In this document: positions 37,576 through 51,670 of the stretch, in pieces | Position numbering within the stretch: the stretch's first letter is position 1 | Layout of the letters: the number at the start of each line of letters is the position of its first letter | Origin: Eledone cirrhosa | Taxonomy: Eukaryota | Assembly (NCBI GenBank): GCA_964016885.1 | Contig: OZ024743.1 | Coordinates: 333,746,001 to 333,810,000, forward strand | DNA: 64,000 nucleotides | Direction of reading: 5' to 3' | The notes under the pieces: model-generated | The model's database searches: none | The model's input: the letters and a program-made list of their open reading frames with translations, nothing else | What the model was told of the DNA's origin: nothing | Translations under genes and position numbers: made by a program

Positions 37576-38002
37576 GATCTGAAACACTTCCACTGCCCTT
37601 TGATGCTTGCCCATATACTGACTTGTCTATTCATTGTGATGATGTCCTTATAAACAGGGATACTCTTAATGCTACTTATATCCAATACCTCAGGCCCTGC
37701 TTCCAATCTTGTGATGTATCCCCCCACCACTATAACCCCTGAGCTACTAGCCACCACCCTATCTCCTCAAGACCATGCCTAACAATATCCAATGCCCAAC
37801 ATTTGTTCATGGTTTCCCTATATCTCTTCCTGGGCCTCATTATCAAACATATATCTAACATTCCTCATACAGTCCCTTTCCTTTCCTGCTATACTCACCC
37901 ATCCTATCCCTTTAGTGTCTATACCCTGCCAAGGTTGCAACAACCTTGCTAGTCTTGGCACAATAAAAACACTCACAAGACTCTGTAAGTTGTAATGTTG
38001 TT

Positions 38003-41000
38003 GTCACAACCAAAAACACCTAGTACACTCAGTAAAGTAGTAGTGCAGGTGTCGCAATAAAATGCCTTGTAAAATAGTAGTGCTGGTGTCACAATAACAT
38101 GCACCCAGTACACCCTGTAAAGTAGTAGTGCAGGTGTCACAATAACATGCACTTAGTACACCCTGTAAAGTAGGAGTGCTGGTGTCACAATAACATGCAC
38201 TTAGTACACCCTGTAAAGTAGTAGTGCTGGTGTCACAATAACATGCACTTAGTACACCCTGTAAAGTAGTAGTGCTGGTGTCACAATAACATGCACTTAG
38301 TACACCCTGTAAAGTAGTAGTGGAGGTGTCACAATAACATGCACTTAGTACACCGTGTAAAGTAGGAGTGCTGGTGTCACAATGACATGCACCCAGTACA
38401 CACTGTAAAGTAGTAGTGCAGGTGTCACAATAACATGCACTTAGTACACCCTGTAAAGTAGGAGTGCTGGTGTCACAATAACATGCACCCAGTACACACT
38501 GTAAAGTAGTAGTGCAGGTGTCACAATAACATGCACTTAGTACACCCTGTAAAGTAGTAGTGCAGGTTTCACAATAAAATACACCCAGTTCACCCTGTAA
38601 AGTAGTAGTGCTGGTGTCACAATAACATGCACCCAGTACACCCTGTAAAGTAGTAGTGCTGGTGTCACAATAACATGCACTTAGTACACCCTGTAAAGTA
38701 GTAGTGCTGGTGTCACAATAACATGCACCCAGTACACCCTGTAAAGTAGTAGTGCTGGTGTCACAATAACATGCACTTAGTACACCCTGTAAAGTAGTAG
38801 TGCAGGTGTCACAATAAAATACACCCAATACACCCTGTAAAGTAGTAGTGCTGATGTCACAATAACATGCACTTAGTACATCCTGTAAAGTAGTAGTGCA
38901 GGTGTCACAATAAAATACACCCAATACACCCTGTAAAGTAGTAGTGCTGGTGTCACAATAACATGCACTTAGTACACCCTGTAAAGTAATAGTGCTGGTG
39001 TCACAATAACATGCACCCAGTACACCCTGTATAGTAGTAGTGTAGGTGTCACAATAACATGCACTTAGTACACCCTGTAAAGTAGTAGTGCAGGTGTCAC
39101 AATAACATGCACTTAGTACACCCTGTAAAGTAGTAGTGCAGGTGTCACAATAACATGCACTTAGTACACCCTGTAAAGTAGCAGTGCAGGTGTCACATTA
39201 ACATGCACTTAGTACACCCTGTAAAGTAGTAGTGCAGGTGTCACAATAACATGCACTTAGTACACCCTGGGAAGAAGTAGTGCTGGTGTCACAATAACAT
39301 GCACTTAGTACACCCTGTAAAGTAGTAGTGCAGGTGTCACAATAACATGCACTTAGTACACCCTGTAAAGTAGTAGTGCAGGTGTCATAATAACATGCAC
39401 TTAGTACACCCTGTAAAGTAGTAGTGCAGGTGTCACAATAACATGCACTTAGTATACCCTGTAAAGTAGTAGTGCAGGTGTCACAATAACATGCACTTAG
39501 TACACCCTGGGAAGAAGTATTGCTGGTGTCACAATAACATGCACGTAGTACACCCTGTGAAGTAGTAGTGCTGGTGTCACAATAACATGCACTTAGTACA
39601 CCTTGTAAAGTAGTAGTGCAGGTGTCACAATAACATGCACTTAGTATACCCTGTAAAGTAGTAGTGCAGGTGTCACAATAACATGCACTTAGTACACCCT
39701 GTAAAGTAGTAGTGCTGGTGTCACAATAACATGCACTTAGTACACCCTGTAAAGTAGTAGTGCTGGTGTAACAATAACATGCACTTAGTACACCCTGTAA
39801 AGTAGTAGTGCAGGTGTCACAATAACATGTACTTAGTACACCCTGTAAAGTAGTAGTGCTGGTGTCACAATAACATGCACTTAGTATACCCTGTAAAGTA
39901 GTAGTGCAGGTGTCACAATAACATGCACCCAGAACACCTTATAAAGTAGTAGTGCTGGTGTCACAATAACATGCACTTAGTACACCCTGGGAAGAAGTAG
40001 TGCTGGTGTCACAATAACATGCACGTAGTACACCCTGTGAAGTAGTAGTGCAGGTGTCACAATAACATGCACTTAGTACACCCTGTAAAGTAGTAGTGCT
40101 GGTGTCACAATAACATGCACTTAGTATACCCTGTAAAGTAGTAGTGCAGGTGTCACAATAACATGCACTTAATACACCATGTAAAGTAGTAGTGCAGGTG
40201 TCACAATAACATGCACTTAGTACACCCTGTAAAGTAGTAGTGCTGGTGTCACAATAACATGCACTTAGTACACCCTGTAAAGTAGTAGTGCAGGTGTCAC
40301 AATAACATGCACTTAGTACACCCTGTAAAGTAGCAGTGCTGGTGTCACAATAACATGCACTTAGTATCCCCTGTAAAGTAGTAGTGCAGGTGTCACAATA
40401 ACATGCACCCAGAACACCTTATAAAGTAGTAGTGCTGGTGTCACAATAACATGCACTTAGTACACCCTGTAAAGTAGTAGTGCTGGTGTCACAATAACAT
40501 GCACTTAGTACACCCTGGGAATAAGTAGTGCTGGTGTCACAATAACATGCACTTAGTACACCCTGTAAAGTAGTAGTGCAGGTGTCACAATAACATGCAC
40601 TTAGTACACCCTGTAAAGTAGTAGTGCAGGTGTCATAATAACATGCAGTTAGTACACCCTGTAAAGTAGTAGTGCAGGTGTCACAATAACATGCACTTAG
40701 TATACCCTGTAAAGTAGTAGTGCAGGTGTCACAATAACATGCACTTAGTACACACTGGGAAGAAGTAGTGCTGGTGTCACAATAACATGCACGTAGTACA
40801 CCCTGTGAAGTCGTAGTGCTGGTGTCACAATAACATGCACTTAGTACACCTTGTAAAGTAGTAGTGCAGGTGTCACAATAACATGCACTTAGTACACCCT
40901 GTAAAGTAGTAGTGCAGGTGTCACAATAACATGCACTTAGTACACCCTGTAAAGTAGTAGTGCTGGTGTCACAATAACATGCACCCAGTACACCCTGTAA

Positions 41001-44000
41001 AGTAGTAGTGCAGGTGTCACAATAAAATACACCCAGTACACTCTGTAAAGTAGTAGTGCAGGTGTCACAATAACATGCACTTAGTACACCCTGTAAAGAA
41101 GTAGTGCAGGTGTCACAATAACATGCACTTAGTACACCCTGTAAAGTAGTAGTGCTGGTGTCACAATAACATGCACTTAGTACACCCTGTAAAGTAGTAG
41201 TGCAGGTGTCACAATAACATGCACTTAGTACACCATGTAAAGTAGTAGTGCTGGTGTCACAATAACATGCACTCAGTACACCCTGTAAAGTAGTAGTGCA
41301 GGTGTCACAATAACATGCACTTAGTACACCCTGTAAAGTAGTAGTGCAGGTGTCACAATAACATGCATTTAGTACACCCTGTAAAGTAGTAGTGCAGGTG
41401 TCACAATAACATGCACTTAGTACACCCTGTAAAGTATTAGCGCAGGTGTCATAATAACAAGCACTTAGTACACCTTGTAAAGTAGTAGTGCAGGTGTCAC
41501 AATAACATGCACTTAGTACACCCTGTAAAGTAGTAGTGCAGGTGTCACAATAACATGCACTTAGTACACCCTGTAAAGTAGTAGTGCTGGTGTCACAATA
41601 GCATGCACTTAGTACACCCTGTAAAGTAATAGTGCTGGTATCACAATAACATGCACTTAGTACACCATGTAAAGTAATAGTGCTGGTGTCACAATAACAT
41701 GCACTTAGTACACCCTGTAAAGTAATAGTTCTGGTGTCACAATAACATGCACCCAGTACACCCTGTATAGTAGTAGTGCAGGTGTCACAATAACATGCAC
41801 TTAGTACACCCTGTAAAGTAGTAGTGCAGGTGTCACAATAACATGCACTTAGTACACCCTGTAAAGTAGTAGTGCAGGTGTCACAATAACATGCACTTAG
41901 TACACCCTGTAATGTAGCAGTGCAGGTGTCACAATAACATGCACTTAGTACACCCTGTAAAGTAGTAGTGCAGGTGTCACAATAACATGCACTTAGTACA
42001 CCCTGGGAAGAAGTAGTGCTGGTGTCACAATAACATGCACTTAGTACACCCTGTAAAGTAGTAGTGCAGGTGTCACAATAACATGCACTTAGTACACCCT
42101 GTAAAGTAGTAGTGCAGGTGTCATAATAACATGCACTTAGCACACCCTGTAAAGTAGTAGTGCAGGTGTCACAATAACATGCACTTAGTATACCCTGTAA
42201 AGTAGTAGTGCAGGTGTCACAATAACATGCACTTAGTACACCCTGGGAAGAAGTAGTGCTGGTGTCACAATAACATGCACGTAGTACACCCTGTGAAGTA
42301 GTAGTGCTGGTGTCACAATAACATGCACTTAGTACACCTTGTAAAGTAGTAGTGCAGGTGTCACAATAACATGCACTTAGTACACCCTGTAAAGTAGCAG
42401 TGCAGGTGTCACAATAACATGCACTTAGTACACCCTGTAAAGTAGTAGTGCAGGTGTCACAATAACATGCACTTAGTACACCCTGGGAAGAAGTAGTGCT
42501 GGTGTCACAATAACATGCACTTAGTACACCCTGTAAAGTAGTAGTGCAGGTGTCACAATAACATGCACTTAGTACACCCTGTAAAGTAGTAGTGCTAGTG
42601 TCACAATAACATGCACTTAGTACACCCTGTAAAGTAGTAGTGCTGGTGTAACAATAACATGCACTTAGTACACCCTGTAAAGTAGTAGTGCAGGTGTCAC
42701 AATAACATGTACTTAGTACACCCTGTAAAGTAGTAGTGCTGGTGTCACAATAACATGCACTTAGTATACCCTGTAAAGTAGTAGTGCAGGTGTCACAATA
42801 ACATGCACCCAGAACACCTTATAAAGTAGTAGTGCTGGTGTCACAATAACATGCACTTAGTACACCCTGGGAAGAAGTAGTGCTGGTGTCACAATAACAT
42901 GCACGTAGTACACCCTGTGAAGTAGTAGTGCAGGTGTCACAATAACATGCACTTAGTACACCATGTAAAGTAGTAGTGCAGGTGTCACAATAACATGCAC
43001 TTAGTACACCCTCTAAAGTAGTAGTGCAGGTGTCACAATAACATGCACTTAGTATACCCTGTAAAGTAGTAGTGCAGGTGTCAAAATAACATGCACTTAG
43101 TACACCCTGTAAAGTAGTAGTGCAGGTGTCACAATAACATGCACTTAGTACACCCTGGGAAGAAGTAGTGCTGGTGTCACAATAACATGCACTTAGTACA
43201 CCCTGTAAAGTAGTAGTGCAGGTGTCACAATAACATGCACTTAGTACACCCTGTAAAGTAGTAGTGCAGGTGTCATAATAACATGCACTTAGCACACCCT
43301 GTAAAGTAGTAGTGCAGGTGTCACAATAACATGCACTTAGTATACCCTGTAAAGTAGTAGTGCAGGTGTCACAATAACATGCACTTAGTACACCCTGGGA
43401 AGAAGTAGTGCTGGTGTCACAATAACATGCACGTAGTACACCCTGTGAAGTAGTAGTGCTGGTGTCACAATAACATGCACTTAGTACACCTTGTAAAGTA
43501 GTAGTGCAGGTGGCACAATAACATGCACTTAGTATACCCTGTAAAGTAGTAGTGCAGGTGTCACAATAACATGCACTTAGTACACCCTGTAAAGTAGTAG
43601 TGCTGGTGTCACAATAACATGCACTTAGTACACCCTGTAAAGTAGTAGTGCTGGTGTAACAATAACATGCACTTAGTACACCCTGTAAAGTAGTAGTGCA
43701 GGTGTCACAATAACATGTACTTAGTACACCCTGTAAAGTAGTAGTGCTGGTGTCACAATAACATGCACTTAGTATACCCTGTAAAGTAGTAGTGCAGGTG
43801 TCACAATAACATGCACCCAGAACACCTTATAAAGTAGTAGTGCTGGTGTCACAATAACATGCACTTAGTACACCCTGGGAAGAAGTAGTGCTGGTGTCAC
43901 AATAACATGCACGTAGTACACCCTGTGAAGTAGTAGTGCAGGTGTCACAATAACATGCACTTAGTACACCATGTAAAGTAGTAGTGCAGGTGTCACAATA

Positions 44001-46850
44001 ACATGCACTTAGTACACCCTCTAAAGTAGTAGTGCAGGTGTCACAATAACATGCACTTAGTATACCCTGTAAAGTAGTAGTGCAGGTGTCACAATAACAT
44101 GCACTTAGTACACCATGTATAGTACTAGTGCAGGTGTCACAATAACATGCACTTAGTACACCCTGTAAAGTAGTAGTGCTGGTGTCACAATAACATGCAC
44201 TTAGTACACCCTGTAAAGTAGTAGTGCAGGTGTCACAATAACATGCACTTAGTACACCCTGTAAAGTAGTAGTGCTGGTGTCACAATAACATGCACTTAG
44301 TATACCCTGTAAAGTAGTAGTGCAGGTGTCACAATAACATGCACCCAGAACACCTTATAAAGTAGTAGTGCTGGTGTCACAATAACATGCACTTAGTACA
44401 CCCTGTAAAGTAGTAGTGCTGGTGTCACAATAACATGCACTTAGTACACCCTGTAAAGTAATAGTGCTGGTGTCACAATAACATGCACCCAGTACACCCT
44501 GTATAGTAGTAGTGCAAGTGTCACAATAACATGCACTTAGTACACCCTGTAAAGTAGTAGTGCAGGTGTCACAATAACATGCACTTAGTACACCCTGTAA
44601 AGTAGTAGTGCAGGAGTCACAATAACATGCACTTAGTACACCCTGTAAAGTAGCAGTGCAGGTGTCACAATAACATGCACTTAGTACACCCTGTAAAGTA
44701 GTAGTGCAGGTGTCACTATAACATGCACTTAGTACACCCTGGGAAGAAGTAGTGCTGGTGTCACAATAACATGCACTTAGTACACCCTGTAAAGTAGTAG
44801 TGCAGGTGTCATAATAACATGCACTTAGTACACCCTGTAAAGTAGTAGTGCAGGTGTCACAATAACATGCACTTAGTATACCCTGTAAAGTAGTAGTGCA
44901 GGTGTCACAATAACATGCACTTAGTACACCCTGGGAAGAAGTAGTGCTGGTGTCACAATAACATGCACGTAGTACACCCTGTGAAGTAGTAGTGCTGGTG
45001 TCACAATAACATGCACTTAGTACACCCTGTAAAGTAGTAGTGCAGGTGTCACAATAACATGCACTTAGTACACCCTGTAAAGTAGTAGTGCTGGTGTCAC
45101 AATAACATGCACTTAGTACACCCTGTAAAGTAGTAGTGCAGGTGTCACAATAACATGCACTTAGTACACCCTGTAAAGTAGTAGTGCTGGTGTCACAATA
45201 ACATGCACTTAGTACACCCTTTAAAGTAGTAGTGCAGGTGTCACAATAACATGCACTTAGTACACCCTGTAAAGTAGTAGTGCAGGTGTCACAATAACAT
45301 GCACTTAGTACACCCTGTAAAGTAGTAGTGCAGGTTTCACAATAAAATACACCCAGAACACCTTATAAAGTAGTAGTGCTGGTGTCACAATAACATGCAC
45401 TTAGTACACCCTGTAAAGTAGTAGTGCAGGTGTCACAATAACATGCACTTAGTACACCCTGTAAAGTAGTAGTGCTGGTGTCACAATAACATGCACTTAG
45501 TACACCCTGTAAAGTAGTAGTGCAGGTGTCACAATAACATGCACTTAGTACACCCTGTAAAGTAGTAGTGCAGGTGTCACAATAACATGCACTTAGTACA
45601 CCCTGTAATGTAGTAGTGCAGGTGTCACAATAAAATACACCCAGTTAACCCTGTAAAGTAGTAGTGCAGGTGTCACAATAACATGCACTTAGTACACTCT
45701 GTAAAGTAGTAGTGCAGGTTTCACAATAACATGCACCCAGTACACCCTGTAAAGTAGTAGTGCTGGTGTCACAATAACATGCACTTAGTACACCATGTAA
45801 AGTAGTAGTGCTGGTGTCACAATAACATGCACTTATTACACCCTGTAAAGTAGTAGTGCAGGTGTCACAATAACATGCACTTAGTATACCCTGTAAAGTA
45901 GTAGTGCAGGTGTCACAATAACATGCACTTAGTACACCCTGTAAAGTAGTAGTGCTGGTGTCACAATAACATGCACTTAGTATACCCTGTAAAGTAGAAG
46001 TGCAGGTGTCACAATAACATGCACTTAGTACACCCTGTAAAGTAGCAGTGCAGGTGCCACAATAACATGCACTTAGTACACCCTGGGAAGAAGTAGTGCT
46101 GGTGTCACAATAACATGCACTTAGTACACCCTGTAAAGTAGTAGTGCAGGTGTCACAATAACATGCACTTAGTACACCCTGTAAAGTAGTAGTGCAGGTG
46201 TCACAATAACATGCACTTAGTACACCCTGTAAAGTAGTAGTGCAGGTGTCACAATCACATGCACTTAGTATACCCTGTAAAGTAGTAGTGCAGGTGTCAC
46301 AATAACATGCACTTAGTACACCCTGTAAAGTAGTAGTGCAGGTGTCACAATAACATGCACTTAGTACACCCTGTAAAGTAGTAGTGCAGGTGTCACAATA
46401 ACATGCACTTAGTACACCCTGTAAAGTAGTAGTGCAGGTGTCACAATAACATGCACTTAGTACACCATGTAAAGTAATAGTGCTGGTGTCACAATAACAT
46501 GCACCCAGTACACCCTGTAAAGTAGTAGTGCAGGTGTCACAATAACATGCACTTAGTACACCCTGTAAAGTAGTAGTGCAGGTTTCACAATAAAATACAC
46601 CCAGAACACCTTATAAAGTAGTAGTGCTGGTGTCACAATAACATGCACTTAGTACACCCTGTAAAGTAGTAGTGCAGGTGTCACAATAAAATGCACTTAG
46701 TACACCCTGTAAAGTAGTAGTGCTGGTGTCACAATAACATGCACTTAGTACACCCTGTAAAGTAGTAATGCTGGTGTCACAATAAAATGCGCCCATTACA
46801 CAGTATAAGTGGAAGTGCTGATGTCACAATAAAATGTATCCAGTACTCTC
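38003..46850. repeat. 48-bp satellite array (~180 units)
   Basis: Unit TCACAATAACATGCACTTAGTACACCCTGTAAAGTAGTAGTGC(A/T)GGTG, highly homogeneous in the centre and diverged at the edges. Confidence 0.98.
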
Positions 46851-47373
46851 TTAACCCTTTAATGTTCAAACCTGCCAAAAGCGGCCAGAATTCTCTACCT
46901 CTTTCTGTTGAAACTGGCTGTAACTGGCCACTCATACTGATGTTAAGGTATTGTTCTCAAAATAAATACTTTCAAAATCTCATAGATTCAATATTATGCG
47001 AGGTAAAGCCTTTACCATGAAAATATAATAGTATATATAGAGTAATGTGAATGCTAAAGGATTAAATTTACATACACACCTCTTAGTTTTGTTCGGACGA
47101 ATAACGAACGCACTCGCACACGCATGCTTACATGCTTACATGCTTACACGCACTCGTATACGCTCTATTTACAAAACAATTTTCTTCTGCTTTTCAGCTA
47201 GACGATTCGATCACCGTTTTTAAAACAAGATCATCTTACACATCAACGCTAGCTTCAACTGTTTTCTAAGAGATTGCGACGCGAATAGACCTGTGTTTTC
47301 TCTATTTTTTTTTCGTTCCCTTTCCCGCCCAGTCTCTTCTGTCTTTCTATTTCTTCTTTAATTTCTCATTCTA

Positions 47374-47409
47374 TTTTCTGATGAAGGACTAGCGTCCGAA
47401 ATGTGAAGA
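47374..47409 (+). ncRNA. Minimal hammerhead motif, family A
   Basis: CTGATGA-A-GGAC-TAGC-GTCC-GAA-ATGT-G-AAGA; perfect stem II but G at position 17, so likely inactive. Confidence 0.6.
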
Positions 47410-47701
47410 CTCTTTTCCTACTATATCAAGTGTAGAACTAATAATATATTTCTTCATTGTACTGTGTCGTTTGCTTTGTTATTTCTGTTTGCATTTTGCA
47501 TATATATATATATTGTTATACTTGGGGAGGGTCATATTTGTGTAATAATATTGCCAGAATTAATAACAGAACACACTCACTGTTTGGTTGGTTTTCGCTT
47601 CTGTGTCTTTTATATCAGTTAATTTAATTTATTCGGTCCTCAATGTTACCAACGGTCAAAAATACAGATACAATATAGACACAAACACATATATATAGTC
47701 T

Positions 47702-47743
47702 AACAAAGTTCTTTCATTGCACATCTGCAACATCGTCAGTGGT
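47702..47743 (-). ncRNA. Minimal hammerhead motif, family B
   Basis: Minus strand: ACCA-CTGACGA-T-GTTGCA-GATG-TGCAAT-GAA-AGAACT-T-TGTT; stem II covaries with the 1991-2033 copy. Confidence 0.62.
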
Positions 47744-47959
47744 GCTATTATGTTTCCTCCCGTTGTATTGTATGCTTACACCATCTTTATTTAGTCTGTT
47801 TATTTATTTGTTTATTTTTTTGTCTTCTCTGCGCATGTGTTTGCGTGTGTGTATAGTGTTTTGTTTGATGTATGTTCATGTTTGGGTGTCTGTGTATTGG
47901 TTATATTCTATCTTAGTTTGCTAGTGTGTTTATGTTTGTTGCTATTGTGCTTGTGTATG

Positions 47960-48041
<82 letters not shown>

Positions 48042-48306
48042 CATTATCGGAGAAAGCTTTTTAGCGATACTCAGGCCAAATTCCAACTCACTCAACAAAC
48101 ATTAGGAAATAAGTGAGTATATTCCTAATTAAACGTTCGGGGTGCTAACTAAATGTATTGCGTGGAAAATTGGCTATATTATTTCATATGAGACATATCG
48201 AATATATTTATATATATATTTATTTATATTTATATATATTTATATATATATTTATATATATTTATATATATATTTATATATATTTATATATATATATATA
48301 TATATT

Positions 48307-48362
<56 letters not shown>

Positions 48363-48596
48363 GAAGGTGAGTTTTATTGTAGCACAATAAAGCAATGCAA
48401 ATATCGGATAAGTAGCACTCTACAGTTTGTAGGACTGGAGTATAAATAATATAAGATCAAAAGATGGTTAAAAGAGTTCCAAGTATTTTATTATGCGCAT
48501 TTCAAAAACTTCATCATCTGAGAACGCAGATATCATCCCATGATGATGTTTGTTTTTGAAATGCGCATAATAAAATACTTTTAACCATCTTTTGAT

Positions 48597-48640
<44 letters not shown>

Positions 48641-48935
48641 CATACGCACTTGATATAGTAGGAAAAGAGTCTTCACATTTCGGACTTAGTGAAGGGGTGT
48701 GGCCAATTGGTTAGAGAACTGGATTCGCAATCGTCAGGTTGTCAGTTCGATTCCTGGACCATTATGTCCTTGAGCAAGACACTTTATTTCACGTTTGCTC
48801 CTTCTACCTGGAGTTGCGACCGATAGATAGTATTAGCAATTGGAAGACCAACGGAAACATTGTTGACTCGGTCCGATTTGACGAAAGTCGATCGATCCTT
48901 TAAATATATATATATATATAGATGAGGAAAGGGCC

Positions 48936-48986
48936 AGATTCCTGATGATTTCTAAAGAATGAAACAGTTCTAGTCCTGTAGAATCT
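48936..48986 (+). ncRNA. Type I hammerhead ribozyme with monomeric stem III, family G
   Basis: AGATTC-CTGATGA-TTTC-TAAA-GAAT-GAA-ACAG-TTCTAGTC-CTGT-A-GAATCT; 6-bp stem I, 4-bp stem III, GUA triplet. Confidence 0.75.
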
Positions 48987-49070
48987 CATCTATATTAAAA
49001 CTTTTATACTCTGCTATGTATTGAGTACCTTACTTACTGTGGTTACCTCCGATTCAACCCGGAATAACTT

Positions 49071-49121
<51 letters not shown>

Positions 49122-49155
<34 letters not shown>

Positions 49156-49765
49156 TGTTTAACGTCCATCTTCCACGCTAGCATGGGTAGGACGATTTTA
49201 CCCTTAGAGAATCAGGTCAAAGGACCATGTTTAGCTCACCCAGAGCAGATTTTGGCATGGTTTCTACAGCTGGATGCTCTTCCTAACGTCAACCACATTT
49301 ACAGTGTGTGCTGGCTGCTTTTTTGTCGTGTCACCTACACGACCACTTTACAGTGCGGACTAGGGACTTTTGTCTTGGAACTAGGGAGGGGTGGAAGAAG
49401 ATTGGGGAAATTGCGGACGTAGGTAATAGAGAAGGGACAGTTACCGCATAGGTAGGTGTATGGGAGGGGAAGGTACAGGAAGGTGTTGCTTATTAGATAT
49501 ATACCCCAGCTCAAATATATGGGAAGGTGGGTCTTCTGTAGTACTGAATAGCGCCAGAGGTCGCGGTCCTGTGCCATTTGCTTGGTGAGGTGTAATTGTG
49601 CAAGGTCAGCTTTTATTACCTCATCCCAAGTCTTCCTAGGCCTACTCCACGGCTACCGTCAACTTTGAGCGCACTGCACCTTTTTATACAGCTGTCATCC
49701 TTCATACGTACTACATATCCATACCAACGCAATCTCCACTCCTGCACGCAACAACTGATCCCTGT
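49122..49765 (-). mobile_element. RTE-clade LINE 3' end
   Basis: RLRWYGYVVRM..GRPRKTW..AQDRDLWR, 3' UTR and (CAT)n tail. Confidence 0.8.
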
Positions 49766-50274
49766 ATGCCTAATTTCTCACGCAGTACATTTATACTTTG
49801 CTGTTCATGCGCATGCACCCACGCGTCTGCCCGGACACACATACGCATACAAACAGATGGATCCTTATGCATTTGTTAACATATACTCAGTTCACATACA
49901 CAGAAATGCAAAATAACAAAACGTCGCAATTGTTTTTTCAAGGGAAGTAACCCTTCACATAAAAATATTTTTTAAAGGGAAATAACTCTCTTCTCATTGC
50001 TATTTCTTCGAGGGGAAACAACTGAGGATTTGTTTTTTTTTTAACTCAGATTCTGACACACGATTTGGTTTACTTCGTACCCCATAATTCTGATGTTCTC
50101 ACTCAATTTCACACACAACATCATCGATTCATTTTAAATACTTTCTATTTAATCTATTTTGTTTTTCAGTACAATATCATCGTCAGGTTCAGGCTTACAA
50201 ACATTTATATCGCAAGTATATTTTTTATTATTTGATCAAGTATAATTAATCCTTTTTTACTCACTGCTTCCGTC

Positions 50275-50575
50275 TCTCTCGCTCTCGCCATCTCTCATTA
50301 TTATATGGAAATGGGAGCCCACACACCGGCCTCCCCGCGGTCCCGCCGGACAGAATAGGATGATGAGGGAGATGCGTTGGAAGAGCCATTCCAGCTCGCA
50401 AGGCTCACACCTTCGGGTAGCCAACTCCCTGCCGATGGTAGTGAGTTGGGAGGCGGTCCTAGCGCCAAGGACACCAGATGTCTCCACTGCTACGGGCTGG
50501 ACCACAAACCTGTCGGAGAGCGACCGACTTGAAGTGCAGCAGAGCCTGGATTAGTCGCAGCCTGCAACAGGTTGT
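50275..50575 (-). mobile_element. CRE-clade 3' fragment
   Basis: PVAVETSGVLGARTASQLTTIGRELATRRCEPCELEWLFQRISL. Confidence 0.8.
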
Positions 50576-50699
50576 ATAAATAGCATTACAGATTGTTTAG
50601 AATTCTTACAGAATGAAAATATAGACACAAATATAAACACATAATAAATACAATTAATTATTGCTAGGAACATCACAAATATAATCTACAAAAATATAT

Positions 50700-50826
<127 letters not shown>

Positions 50827-50910
50827 AAAGGTAACCAGAAATAACAACACAATCGGTACAGTATATGGAAGGAATATATTAGGTTAACGCTTGAAATAAC
50901 AGGAAGAGGG

Positions 50911-50946
50911 TCTTAACGTTTCGGACGCTACTTCTTCATCAGAAGA
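50911..50946 (-). ncRNA. Minimal hammerhead motif, family A (stem II damaged)
   Basis: Minus strand: TCTT-CTGATGA-A-GAAG-TAGC-GTCC-GAA-ACGT-T-AAGA. Confidence 0.55.
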
Positions 50947-51045
50947 AAGAATGAGAAATAAGATAGATTGAAGGAACGGGCGGTTTGGAATTGGAAAAAA
51001 TGTCTTTAGATAAAAATAACAGTTTCATTCATGTTGACCTCTCTT

Positions 51046-51079
<34 letters not shown>

Positions 51080-51087
<8 letters not shown>

Positions 51088-51670
51088 TAGAATTGTTGCT
51101 CTGAAATAGCTGTATATATATGAATGTATATATAGTGTATTTGCAATACACTGTATGCTTAATAAAAAATCATTTTGAAGACCTTATGCTATTGTTTTAG
51201 AGTAGTGACAGACTCACTTACTTTAATTTCAGCAAACATGCTGAAATTAAAGTAAGTGAGTCTGTCACTACTCTAAAACAATAGCATAAGGTCTTCAAAA
51301 TGCTTTTTATTAAGCATACAGTGTATTGCAAAATACACTATATATATATTCATATATATACAGCTATTTCAGAGCAACAATTCTAATTTTTAATTTCTGC
51401 TTGACCGGCAACCGCTCTGTATAATCAGTTCCTGATTATTTACTAGAATTCTATAAGAACCAAAACATCCAGGTTTTTCAGCAAACGGGAGGAGTAGTTG
51501 GCTTTGATAAGCATCAATAAATGCAGAAACAAGGCCTTGTCAGCTTTATCTCCCCCTGTTTGCTGAAATTAAAGTAAGTGAGTTTGTCACTACTCTAAAA
51601 CAATAGCATAAGGTCTTCAAAATGCTTGTTATTAAGCATACAGTGTATTGCAAAATACACTATATATACA

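Noticed and set aside
38004-46796. Long Cys/Thr-rich ORFs (GVLSACYCDTCTTTLQ)n up to 574 aa, superficially metallothionein- or antifreeze-like
   Set aside because: Artefact of a 48-bp unit lacking stops in one frame; recurrent TAA variants are tolerated; there is no unique N-terminus or splice context; and the unit derives from a retroelement UTR.
38003-46850. Possible CRISPR array
   Set aside because: Contiguous tandem units with no unique spacers and no cas genes, in a eukaryotic context.
48450-48600. Inverted repeat with ATGATGA...GAA-ATGCGCAT-A, a possible hammerhead
   Set aside because: Palindromic stem III is present but C3 is missing and stems I and II do not pair; probably a decayed member of the same class, so not called.
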